Shown here: positions 1-12,770 of the stretch, in pieces
Layout: the number at the start of each line of letters is the position of its first letter
Position numbering within the stretch: the first letter of the stretch is position 1
Assembly: GCF_009914755.1 (NCBI RefSeq)
Contig: NC_060946.1
DNA: 64,000 nucleotides
Reading direction: 5' to 3' (one strand)
Origin: the human T2T-CHM13v2.0 reference genome, Homo sapiens
Program-made: the position numbers and the translations under genes
Notes under the pieces: generated by a model
Databases searched by the model: none
Told to the model about the DNA's origin: nothing
What the model saw: the letters and a program-made list of their open reading frames with translations, nothing else

Positions 1-202
1 ATGTTTCTGTCTAGTGGTTATGGGAAGATATTTGCTTTTTCACCGTAGGCCTCACAGCGCTCCAAATATCCACTTGCACATACTACAAAAAGAGTGCTTC
101 AAAGCTGCTCTCTGAAACGGAATGTTCAACTCTATGAGTTGAATGCAAACATCACAAAGAGGTTTCCGAGAATGCTTCTGTCTAGATTTGATATGAAGAT
201 AT

Positions 203-219
203 TCCCGTTTCCAACGAAA
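203..219 (-). promoter_or_regulatory. CENP-B box (m2), representative; recurs once per HOR
   Basis: tcccgtttccaacgaaa is the reverse complement of TTTCGTTGGAAACGGGA, with all core bases (TTCG....A..CGGG) intact. Confidence 0.97.
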
Positions 220-373
220 TCTTCAAATCTATCCAAATGTCCACTTGCAGATTCAACAAAAAGTGTTTTTCCGAACTGCTCTATCAAAAGAAAGATCCAT
301 CTCTGTTAGCTGAGTTCACACATCACAAACAAGTTTATGAGAATGCTTCTGTCTAGTTTTTATTTGAAGATAT

Positions 374-390
374 TTCCTTTCTCACCATAG
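374..390 (-). other. pJalpha-like (A-box) motif in A-type monomer m3, representative; related versions in m1, m5, m7
   Basis: ttcctttctcaccatag (reverse complement CTATGGTGAGAAAGGAA) occupies the position homologous to the CENP-B box, 171 bp after 203. Confidence 0.75.
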
Positions 391-540
391 ACCTGAAAGC
401 TGTCCTAATGTTCACTTCCAGATACTACAGAAAGAGTGTTTCAAAACTGCTGTACGAAAGGTAATGTTCAACTCTGTGACTTGAATGCACACATCACAAA
501 GAAGTTTCTGAGGATGCTGCTGTCTACTTTTTATACGTAA

Positions 541-557
541 TCCCGTTTCCAACGAAA
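541..557 (-). promoter_or_regulatory. CENP-B box (m4), representative
   Basis: tcccgtttccaacgaaa, 338 bp after the m2 box because of the 4-bp deletion in m4. Confidence 0.97.
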
Positions 558-882
558 TCCTCCAATCTATCCAAATATCCACTTGCAGATTCCACAGAAA
601 GACTGTTTCAAATCTACTCTGTCAACAGAAAGATTCAACTCTGTTAGCTGCGTGCATATATCCCAAAGAAGATTCTGAGATTGCTTCTGTCTAGTTTTTA
701 TGGGAAGATATTTCCCTTTTCACCGTAGGCGTCAAGACGCTCCAAATGTCCACTTCCAGATACTACAAAAAGAGTGTTTCAAACCTACTCTGTGAAAGGG
801 AATATTCAACTCTGTGACTTGAATACACATATCACAAAGAAGTTTCTGAGAATGCTTCTGTCGAGATTTTATATGAAGATAT

Positions 883-899
883 TCCCGTTTCCAACGAAA
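883..899 (-). promoter_or_regulatory. CENP-B box (m6), representative
   Basis: tcccgtttccaacgaaa, 342 bp after the m4 box. Confidence 0.97.
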
Positions 900-1224
900 T
901 CCTGAAATCTCTCCAAATATCCCCTCGCAGATTCTACAAAAAGAGTGTTTCAAAACTGCTCTGTAAAAAGAAAGGTTCAACTCTGTTACTTGAGTACACA
1001 CATCACAAACAAGTTTCACAGAATGCTTCTTTCTAGCTTGTAGGGGAAGATATTCCCTTTATCACCATGGGCCTCAAACCGTCCGAAACTTCCACTTCCA
1101 TATACTACAAAAAGAGCGTTTCAAACCTGCTCTATGAAAGGCAATGTTCAACTCTGTGACTTGAATGCAGACATCACAGAGCAGTTTCTGAGAATGCTTC
1201 TGTCTAGATTTTATAGGAAGATAT

Positions 1225-1241
1225 TCCCGTTTCCAACGAAA
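1225..1241 (-). promoter_or_regulatory. CENP-B box (m8), representative
   Basis: tcccgtttccaacgaaa, 342 bp after the m6 box; this gives four boxes per HOR. Confidence 0.97.
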
Positions 1242-4200
1242 TCTTCACAGCTATCCAAATATCCACTTGTAGATTCTACAAAAAGAGTGTATCAAAACTG
1301 CTCTGTCAAAAGGAAGGTTCTTCTCTGTTAGGTGAGTGCATACGTCATAAAGGAGTTTCTGCGAATGTTTCTGTCTAGTGGTTATGGGAAGATATTTGCT
1401 TTTTCACCGTAGGCCTCAGAGCGCTCCAAATATCCACTTGCACATACTACAAAAAGAGTGCCTCAAAGCTGCTCTCTGAAACGGAATGTTCAACTCTATG
1501 AGTTGAATGCAAACATCGCAAAGACGTTTCTGAGAATGCTTCTGTCTAGATTTGATATGAAGATATTCCCGTTTCCAACGAAATCTTCAAATCTATCCAA
1601 ATGTCCACTTGCAGATTCAACAAAAAGTGTTTTTCAGAACTGTTCTATCAAAAGAAAGATCCACCTCTGTTAGCTGAGTTCACACATCACAAACAAGTTT
1701 ATGAGAATGCTTCTGTCTAGTTTTTATTTGAAGATATTTCCTTTCTCACCATAGAGCTGAAAGCTGTCCTAATGTTCACTTCCAGATACTACAGAAAGAG
1801 TGTTTCAAAACTGCTGTACGAAAGGGAATGTTCAACTCTGTGACTTGAATGCACACATCACAAAGAAGTTTCTGAGGATGCTGCTGTCTACTTTTTATAC
1901 GTAATCCCGTTTCCAACGAAATCCTCCAAGCTATCCAAATATCCACTTGCAGATTCCACAGAAAGACTGTTTCAAAACTGCTCTGTCAATAGAAAGGTTC
2001 AACTCTGTTAGCTGCGTGCATATATCCCAAAGAAGATTCTGAGATTGCTTCTGTCTAGTTTTTATGTGAAGATATTTCCCTTTTCACCGTAGGCGTCAAG
2101 GCGCTCCAAATGTCCACTTCCAGATACTACAAAAAGAGTGTTTCACACCTACTCTGTGAAAGGGAATATTCAACTCTGTGACTTGAATGCACATATCACA
2201 AAGAAGTTTCTGAGAATGCTTCTGTCGAGATTTTATATGAAGATATTCCAGTTTCCAACGAAATCCTGAAATCTATCCAAATATCCCCTCGCAGATTCTA
2301 CAAAAAGAGTGGTTCAAAACTGCTCTGTAAAACGAAAGGTTCAACTCTGTTAGTTGAGTACACACATCACAAACAAGTTTCACAGAATGCTTCTTTCTAG
2401 CTTGTAGGGGAAGATATTCCCTTTATCACCATGGGCCTCAAACCGTCCGAAACGTCCACTTCCATATACTACAAAAAGAGCGTTTCAAACCTGCTCTATG
2501 AAAGGCAATGTTCAACTCTGTGACTTGAATGCAGACATCACAGAGCAGTTTCTGAGAATGCTTCTGTCTAGATTTTATAGGAAGATATTCCCGTTTCCAA
2601 CGAAATCTTCACAGCTATCCCAATATCCACTTGCAGATTCTACAAAAAGAGTGTATCAAAACTGCTCTGTCAAAAGGAAGGTTCTTCTCTGTTAGGTGAG
2701 TGCATACGTCATAAAGGAGTTTCTGAGAATGTTTCTGTCTAGTGGTTATGGGAAGATATTTGCTTTTTCACCGAAGGCCTCAGAGCGCTCCAAATATCCA
2801 CTTGCACATACTACAAAATGAGTGCCTCAAAGCTGCTCTCTGAAACGGAATGTTCAACTCTATGAGTTGAATGCAAACATCACAAAGACGTTTCCGAGAA
2901 TGCTTCTGTCTAGATTTGATATGAAGATATTCCCGTTTCCAACGAAATCTTCAAATCTATCCAAATGTCCACTTGCAGATTCAACAAAAAGTGTTTTTCA
3001 GAACTGCTCTATCAAAAGAAAGATCCATCTCTGTTAGCTGAGTTCACACATCACAAACAAGTTTATGAGAATGCTTCTGTCTAGTTTTTATTTGAACATA
3101 TTTCCTTTCTCACCATAGAGCTGAAAGCTGTCCTAATGTTCACTTCCAGATACTACAGAAAGAGTGTTTCAAAACTGCTGTACGAAAGGGAATGTTCAAC
3201 TCTGTGACTTGAATGCACACATCACAAAGAAGTTTCTGAGGATGCTGCTGTCTACTTTTTATACGTAATCCCGTTTCCAACGAAATCCTCCAAGCTATCC
3301 AAATATCCACTTGCAGATTCCACAGAAAGACTGTTTCAAAACTGCTCTGTCAATAGAAAGGTTCAACTCTGTTAGCTGCGTGCATATATCCCAAAGAAGA
3401 TTCTGAGATTGCTTCTGTCTAGTTTTTATGGGAAGATATTTCCCTTTTCACCGTAGGCGTCAAGGCGCTCCAAATGTCCACTTCCAGATACTACAAAAAG
3501 AGTGTTTCAAACCTACTCTGTGAAAGGGAATATTCAACTCTGTGACTTGAATGCACATATCACAAAGAAGTTTCTGAGAATGCTTCTGTCGAGATTTTAT
3601 ATGAAGATATTCCCGTTTCCAACGGAATCCTGAAATCTATCCAAATATCCCCTCGCAGATTCTACAAAAAGAGTGTTTCAAAACTGCTCTGTAAAAAGAA
3701 AGGTTCAACTCTGTTAGTTGAGTACACACATCACAAACAAGTTTCACAGAATGCTTCTTTCTAGCTTGTAGGGGAAGATATTCCCTTTATCACCATGGGC
3801 CTCAAACCGTCCGAAACGTCCACTTCCATATACTACAAAAAGAGCGTTTCAAACCTGCTCTAGGAAAGGCAATGTTCAACTCTGTGACTTGAATGCAGAC
3901 ATCACAGAGCAGTTTCTGAGAATGCTTCTGTCTAGATTTTATAGGAAGATATTCCCGTTTCCAACGAAATCTTCACAGCTATCCAAATATCCACTTGCAG
4001 ATTCTACAAAAAGAGTGTATCAAAACTGCTCTGTCAAAAGGAAGGTTCTTCTCTGTTAGGTGAGTGCATACGTCATAAAGGAGTTTCTGAGAATGTTTCT
4101 GTCTAGTGGTTATGGGAAGATATTTGCTTTTTCACCGTAGGCCTCACAGCGCTCCAAATATCCACTTGCACATACTACAAAAAGAGTGCTTCAAAGCTGC

Positions 4201-7200
4201 TCTCTGAAACGGAATGTTCAACTCTATGAGTTGAATGCAAACATCACAAAGAGGTTTCTGAGAATGCTTCTGTCTAGATTTGATCTGAAGATATTCCCGT
4301 TTCCAATGAAATCTTCAAATCTATCCAAATGTCCACTTGCAGATTCAACAAAAAGTGTTTTTCCGAACTGCTCTATCAAAAGAAAGATCCATCTCTGTTA
4401 GCTGAGTTCACACATCACAAACAAGTTTATGAGAATGCTTCTGTCTAGTTTTTATTTGAAGATATTTCCTTTCTCACCATAGACCTGAAAGGTGTCCTAA
4501 TGTTCACTTCCAGATACTACAGAAAGAGTGTTTCAAAACTGCTGTACGAAAGGGAATGTTCAACTCTGTGACTTGAATGCACACATCACAAAGAAGTTTC
4601 TGAGGATGCTGCTGTCTACTTTTTATACGTAATCCCGTTTCCAACGAAATCCTCCAATCTATCCAAATATCCACTTGCAGATTCCACAGAAAGACTGTTT
4701 CAAATCTGCTCTGTCAACAGAAAGATTCAACTCTGTTAGCTGCGTGCATATATCCCAAAGAAGATTCTGAGATTGCTTCTGTCTAGTTTTTATGGGAAGA
4801 TATTTCCCTTTTCACCGTAGGCGTCAAGACGCTCCAAATGTCCACTTCCAGATACTACAAAAAGAGTGTTTCAAACCTACTCTGTGAAAGGGAATATTCA
4901 ACACTGTGACTTGAATACACATATCACAAAGCAGTTTCTGAGAATGCTTCTGTCGAGATTTTATATGAAGATATTCCCGTTTCCAACGAAATCCTGAAAT
5001 CTCTCCAAATATCCCCTCGCAGATTCTACAAAAAGAGTGTTTCAAAACTGCTCTGTAAAAAGAAAGGTTCAACTCTGTTACTTGAGTACACACATCACAA
5101 ACAAGTTTCACAGAATGCTTCTTTCTAGCTTGTAGGGGAAGATATTCCCTTTATCACCATGGGCCTCAAACCGTCCGAAACTTCCACTTCCATATACTAC
5201 AAAAAGAGCGTTTCAAACCTGCTCTATGAAAGGCAATGTTCAACTCTGTGACTTGAATGCAGACATCACAGAGCAGTTTCTGAGAATGCTTCTGTCTAGA
5301 TTTTATAGGAAGATATTCCCGTTTCCAACGAAATCTTCACAGCTATCCCAATATCCACTTGCAGATTCTACAAAAAGAGTGTATCAAAACTGCTCTGTCA
5401 AAAGGAAGGTTCTTCTCTGTTAGGTGAGTGCATACGTCATAAAGGAGTTTCTGAGAATGTTTCTGTCTAGTGGTTATGGGAAGATATTTGCTTTTTCACC
5501 GAAGGCCTCAGAGAGCTCCAAATATCCACTTGCACATACTACAAAATGAGTGCCTCAAAGCTGCTCTCTGAAACGGAATGTTCAACTCTATGAGTTGAAT
5601 GCAAACATCACAAAGACGTTTCCGAGAATGCTTCTGTCTAGATTTGATAGGAAGATATTCCCGTTTCCAACGAAATCTTCAAATCTATGCAAATGTCCAC
5701 TTGCAGATTCAACAAAAAGTGTTTTTCAGAACTGCTCTATCAAAAGAAAGGTCCACCTCTGTTAGCTGAGTTCACACATCACAAACAAGTTTATGAGAAT
5801 GCTTCTGTCTAGTTTTTATTTGAAGATATTTCCTTTCTCACCATAGAGCTGAAAGCTGTCTTAGTGTTCACTTCCAGATACTACAGAAAGAGTGTTTCAA
5901 AACTGCTGTACGAAAGGGAATGTTCAACTCTGTGACTTGAATGCACACATCACAAAGAAGTTTCTGAGGATGCTGCTGTCTACTTTTTATACGTAATCCC
6001 GTTTCCAACGAAATCCTCCAAGCTATCCAAATATCCACTTGCAGATTCCACAGAAAGACTGTTTCAAAACTGCTCTGTCAATAGAAAGGTTCAACTCTGT
6101 TAGCTGCGTGCATATATCCCAAAGAAGATTCTGAGATTGCTTCTGTCTAGTTTTTATGGGAAGATATTTCCCTTTTCACCGTAGGCGTCAAGGCGCTCCA
6201 AATGCCCACTTCCAGATACTACTAAAAGAGGGTTTCAAACTTACTCTGTGAAAGGGAATATTCAACTCTGTAACTTGAATGCACATATCACAAAGAAGTT
6301 TCTGAGAATGCTTCTGTCGAGATTTTATATGAAGATATTCCCGTTTCCAACGAAATCCTGAAATCTCTCCAAATATCCCCTCGCAGATTCTACAAAAAGA
6401 GTGTTTCAAAACTGCTCTGTAAAAAGAAAGGTTCAACTCTGTTACTTGAGTAGACACATCACAAACAAGTTTCACAGAATGCTTCTTTCTAGCTTGTAGG
6501 GGAAGATATTCCCTTTATCACCATGGGCCTCAAACCGTCCGAAACGTGCACTTCCATATACTACAAAAAGAGCGTTTCAAACCTGCTCTATGAAAGGCAA
6601 TGTTCAACTCTGTGACTTGAATGCAGACATCAGAGAGCAGTTTCTGAGAATGCTTCTGTCTAGATTTTATAGGAAGATATTACCGTTTCCAACGAAATCT
6701 TCACAGCTATCCCAATATCCACTTGCAGATTCTACAAAAAGAGTGTATCAAAACTGCTCTGTCAAAAGGAAGGTTCTTCTCTGTTAGGTGAGTGCATACG
6801 TCATAAAGGAGTTTCTGAGAATGTTTCTGTCTAGTGGTTATGGGAAGATATTTGCTTTTTCACCGAAGGCCTCAGAGCGCTGCAAATATCCACTTGCACA
6901 TACTACAAAATGAGTGCCTCAAAGCTGCTCTCTGAAACGGAATGTTCAAATCTATGAGTTGAATGCAAACATCACAAAGACGTTTCCGAGAATGCTTCTG
7001 TCTAGATTTGATATGAAGATATTCCCGTTTCCAACGAAATCTTCAAATCTATCCAAATGTCCACTTGCAGATTCAACAAAAAGTGTTTTTCAGAACTGCT
7101 CTATCAAAAGAAAGATCCACCTCTGTTAGCTGAGTTCACACATCACAAACAAGTTTATGAGAATGCTTCTGTCTAGTTTTTATTTGAAGATATTTCCTTT

Positions 7201-9959
7201 CTCACCATAGAGCTGAAAGCTGTCTTAATGTTCACTTCCAGATACTACAGAAAGAGTGTTTCAAAACTGCTGTACGAAAGGGAATGTTCAACTCTGTGAC
7301 TTGAATGCACACATCACAAAGAAGTTTCTGAGGATGCTGCTGTCTACTTTTTATACGTAATCCCGTTTCCAACGAAATCCTCCAAGCTATCCAAATATCC
7401 ACTTGCAGATTCCACAGAAAGACTGTTTCAAAACTGCTCTGTCAATAGAAAGGTTCAACTCTGTTAACTGCGTGCATATATCCCAAAGAAGATTCTGAGA
7501 TTGCTTCTGTCTAGTTTTTATGGGAAGATATTTCCCTTTTCTCCGTAGGCGTCAAGGCGCTCCAAATGTCCACTTCCAGATACTACAAAAAGAGTGTTTC
7601 AAACCTACTCTGTGAAAGGGAATATTCAACTCTGTGACTTGAATGCACATATCACAAAGAAGTTTCTGAGAATGCTTCTGTCGAGATTTTATATGAAGAT
7701 ATTCCCGTTTCCAACGAAATCCTGAAATCTCTCCAAATATCCCCTCGCAGATTCTACAAAAAGAGTGTTTCAAAACTGCTCTGTAAAAAGAAAGGTTCAA
7801 CTCTGTTAGTTGAGTACACACATCACAAACAAGTTTCACAGAATGCTTCTTTCTAGCTTGTAGGGGAAGATATTCCCTTTATCACCATGGGCCTCAAACC
7901 GTCCGAAACATCCACTTCCATATACTACAAAAAGAGCGTTTCCAACCTGCTCTATGAAAGGCAATGTTCAACTCTGTGACTTGAATGGAGACATCACAGA
8001 GCAGTTTCTGAGAATGCTTCTGTCTAGATTTTATAGGGAGATATTCCCGTTTCCAACGAAAGCTTCACAGCTATCCAAATATCCACTTGCAGATTCTACA
8101 AAAAGAGTGTATCAAAACTGCTCTGTCAAAAGGAAGGTTCTTCTCTGTTAGGTGAGTGCATACGTCATACAGGAGTTTCTGAGAATGTTTCTGTCTAGTG
8201 GTTATGGGAAGATATTTGCTTTTTCACCGTAGGCCTCAGAGCGCTCCAAATATCCACTTGCACATAGTACAAAAAGAGTGCCTCAAAGCTGCTCTCTGAA
8301 ACGGAATGTTCAACTCTATGAGTTGAATGCAAACATCACAAAGACGTTTCTGAGAATGCTTCTGTCTAGATTTGATATGAAGATATTCCCGTTTCCAACG
8401 AAATCTTCAAATCTATCCAAATATCCACTTCCAGATTCAACAAAAAGTGTTTTTCAGAACTGCTCTATCAAAAGAAAGATCCACCTCTGTTAGCTGAGTT
8501 CACACATCACAAACAAGTTTATGAGAATGCTTCTGTCTAGTTTTTATTTGAAGATATTTCCTTTCTCACCATAGACCTGAAAGCTGTCCTAAAGTTCACT
8601 TCCAGATACTACAGAAAGAGTGTTTCAAAACTGCTGTACGAAAGGGAATGTTCAACTCTGTGACTTGAATGCACACATCACAAAGAAGTTTCTGAGGATG
8701 CTGCTGTCTACTTTTTATACGTAATCCCGTTTCCAACGAAATCCTCCAAGCTATCCAAATATCCACTTGCAGATTCCACAGAAAGACTGTTTCAAAACTG
8801 CTCTGTCAATAGAAAGGTTCAACTCTGTTAGCTGCGTGCATATATCCCAAAGAAGATTCTGAGATTGCTTCTGTCTAGTTTTTATGGGAAGATATTTCCC
8901 TTTTCACCGTAGGCGTCAAGGCGCTCCAAATGTCCACTTCCAGATACTACTAAAAGAGGGTTTCAAACTTACTCTGTGAAAGGGAATATTCAACTCTGTA
9001 ACTTGAATGCACATATCACAAAGAAGTTTCTGAGAATGCTTCTGTCGAGATTTTATATGAAGATATTCCCGTTTCCAACGAAATCCTGAAATCTATCCAA
9101 ATATCCCCTCGCAGATTCTACAAAAAGAGTGTTTCAAAACTGCTCTGTAAAAAGAAAGGTTCAACTCTGTTACTTGAGTACACACATCACAAACAAGTTT
9201 CACAGAATGCTTCTTTCTAGCTTGTAGGGGAAGATATTCCCTTTATCACCATGGGCCTCAAACCGTCCGAAACGTCCACTTCCATATACTACAAAAAGAG
9301 AGTTTCAAACCTGATCTAGGAAAGGCAATGTTCAACTCTGTGACTTGAATGCAGACATCACAGAGCAGTTTCTGAGAATGCTTCTGTCTAGATTTTATAG
9401 GAAGATATTCCCGTTTCCAACGAAATCTTCACAGCTATCCAAATATCCACTTGCAGATTCTACAAAAAGAGTGTATCAAAACTGCTCTGTCAAAAGGAAG
9501 GTTCTTCTCTGTTAGGTGAGTGCATACGTCATAAAGGAGTTTCTGAGAATGTTTCTGTCTAGTGGTTATGGGAAGATATTTGCTTTTTCACCGTAGGCCT
9601 CAGAGCGCTCCAAATATCCACTTGCACATACTACAAAAAGAGTGCCTCAAAGCTGCTCTCTGAAACGGAATGTTCAACTCTATGAGTTGAATGCAAACAT
9701 CACAAAGACGTTTCTGAGAATGCTTCTGTCTAGATTTGATATGAAGATATTCCCGTTTCCAACGAAATCTTCAAATCTATCCAAATGTCCACTTGCAGAT
9801 TCAACAAAAAGTGTTTTTCAGAACTGCTCTATCAAAAGAAAGATCCACCTCTGTTAGCTGAGTTCACACATCACAAACAAGTTTATGAGAATGCTTCTGT
9901 CTAGTTTTTATTTGAAGATATTTCCTTTCTCACCATAGACCTGAAAGCTGTCCTAATGT

Positions 9960-12770
9960 TCACTCCCAGATACTACAGAAAGAGTGTTTCAAAACTGCTG
10001 TACGAAAGGGAATGTTCAACTCTGTGACTTGATTGCACACATCACAAAGAAGTTTCTGAGGATGCTGCTGTCTACTTTTTATACGTAATCCCGTTTCCAA
10101 CGAAATCCTCCAAGCTATCCAAATATCCACTTGCAGATTCCACAGAAAGACTGTTTCAAAACTGCTCTGTCAATAGAAAGGTTCAACTCTGTTAGCTGCG
10201 TGCATATATCCCAAAGAAGATTCTGAGATTGCTTCTGTCTAGTTTTTATGGGAAGATATTTCCCTTTTCAACGTAGGCGTCAAGGCGCTCCAAATGTGCA
10301 CTTCCAGATACTACAAAAAGAGTGTTTCAAACCTACTCTGTGGAAGGGAATATTCAACTCTGTGACTTCAATGCAGATATCACAAAGAAGTTTCTGAGAA
10401 TGCTTCCGTCGAGATTTTATATGAAGATATTCCCGTTTCCAACGAAATCCTGAAATCTATCCAAATATCCCCTCGCAGATTCCACAAAAAGAGTGTTTCA
10501 ACACTGCTCTGTAAAAAGAAAGGTTCAACTCTGTTAGTTGAGTACACACATCACAAACAAGTTTCACAGAATGCTTCTTTCTAGCTTGTAGGGGAAGATA
10601 TTTCCTTTATCACCATGGGCCTCAAACCGTCCGAAACGTCCACTTCCATATACTAAAAAAAGAGAGTTTCAAACCTGCTCTATGAAAGGCAATGTTCAAC
10701 TCTGTGACTTGAATGCAGACATCACAGAGCAGTTTCTGAGAATGCTTCTGTCCAGACTTTATAGGAAGATATTCCCGTTTCCAACGAAATCTTCACAGCT
10801 ATCCAAATATCCACTTGCAGATAGTACAAAAAGAGTGTATCAAAAATGCTCTGTCAAAAGGAAAGTTCTTCTCTGCTAGTTGAGTACATACGTCATAAGG
10901 AAGTTTCTGAGAATGTTCCTGTCTAGTGGTTATGGGAAGATATTTGCTTTTTCCCCGTAGGCCTCAAAGCGCTCCAAATGTCCACTTGCACATACTACAA
11001 AAAGAGTGCTTCAAAGCTGCTCTCTGAAAGGGAATGTTCAACTCTATAGTTGAATGCTAACATCACAAAGACGTTTCTGAGAATGCTTCTGTCTAGATTT
11101 GATATGAAGATATTCCCGTTTCCAACGAAATCTTCAAATCTATCCAAATGTCCACTTGCAGATTCAACAAAAAGTGTTTTTCAGAACTGCTCTATCAAAA
11201 GAAAGATCCACCTCTGTTAGCTGAGTTCACACATCACAAACAAGTTTATGAGAATGCTTCTGTCTAGTTTTTATTTGAAGATATTTCCTTTCTCACCATA
11301 GACCTGAAAGCTGTCCTAATGTTCACTCCCAGATACTACAGAAAGAGTGTTTCAAAACTGCTGTACGAAAGGGAATGTTCAACTCTGTGACTTGATTGCA
11401 CACATCACAAAGAAGTTTCTGAGGATGCTGCTGTCTACTTTTTATACGTAATCCCGTTTCCAACGAAATCCTCCAAGCTATCCAAATATCCACTTGCAGA
11501 TTCCACAGAAAGACTGTTTCAAAACTGCTCTGTCAATAGAAAGGTTCAACTCTGTTAGCTGCGTGCATATATCCCAAGGAAGATTCTGAGATTGCTTCTG
11601 TCTAGTTTTTATGGGAAGATATTTCCCTTTTCAACGTAGGCGTCAAGGCGCTCCAAATGTGCACTTCCAGATACTACAAAAAGAGTGTTTCAAACCTACT
11701 CTGTGGAAGGGAATATTCAACTCTGTGACTTCAATGCAGATATCACAAAGAAGTTTCTGAGAATGCTTCCGTCGAGATTTTATATGAAGATATTCCCGTT
11801 TCCAACGAAATCCTGAAATCTATCCAAATATCCCCTCGCAGATTCCACAAAAAGAGTGTTTCAACACTGCTCTGTAAAAAGAAAGGTTCAACTCTGTTAG
11901 TTGAGTACACACATCACAAACAAGTTTCACAGAATGCTTCTTTCTAGCTTGTAGGGGAAGATATTTCCTTTATCACCATGGGCCTCAAACCGTCCGAAAC
12001 GTCCACTTCCATATACTAAAAAAAGAGAGTTTCAAACCTGCTCTAGGAAAGGCAATGTTCAACTCTGTGACTTGAATGCAGACATCACAGAGCAGTTTCT
12101 GAGAATGCTTCTGTCCAGAGTTTATAGGAAGATATTCCCGTTTCCAACGAAATCTTCACAGCTATCCAAATATCCACTTGCAGATAGTACAAAAAGAGTG
12201 TATCAAAAATGCTCTGTCAAAAGGAAAGTTCTTCTCTGCTAGTTGAGTACATACGTCATAAGGAAGTTTCTGAGAATGTTCCTGTCTAGTGGTTATGGGA
12301 AGATATTTGCTTTTTCCCCGTAGGCCTCAAAGCGCTCCAAATGTCCACTTGCACATACTACAAAAAGAGTGCTTCAAAGCTGCTCTCTGAAAGGGAATGT
12401 TCAACTCTATAGTTGAATGCTAACATCACAAAGACGTTTCTGAGAATGCTTCTGTCTAGATTTGATATGAAGATATTCCCGTTTCCAACGAAATCTTCAA
12501 ATCTATCCAAATGTCCACTTGCAGATTCAACAAAAAGTGTTTTTCAGAACTGCTCTATCAAAAGAAAGATCCACCTCTGTTAGCTGAGTTCACACATCAC
12601 AAACAAGTTTATGAGAATGCTTCTGTCTAGTTTTTATTTGAAGATATTTCCTTTCTCACCATAGACCTGAAAGCTGTCCTAATGTTCACTCCCAGATACT
12701 ACAGAAAGAGTGTTTCAAAACTGCTGTACGAAAGGGAATGTTCAACTCTGTGACTTGATTGCACACATCA
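9960..12770. repeat. Tandem duplication of one variant 1363-bp HOR
   Basis: A shared 1-bp deletion (ctctat-agttg at ~11048 and ~12411) and roughly 20 shared SNVs recur at +1363. Boundaries are approximate. Confidence 0.9.

Larger units (their letters stand above)
1..1364 (-). repeat. Representative canonical HOR unit: m1 1-171, m2 172-342, m3 343-513, m4 514-680 (167 bp), m5 681-851, m6 852-1022, m7 1023-1193, m8 1194-1364
   Basis: Monomer boundaries were counted directly. Odd monomers are A-type (pJalpha-like box) and even monomers are B-type (CENP-B box). m4 is 4 bp shorter just before its box (ctactttttatacgtaa-tcccg versus ctagattttatatgaagatat-tcccg). Confidence 0.95.
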
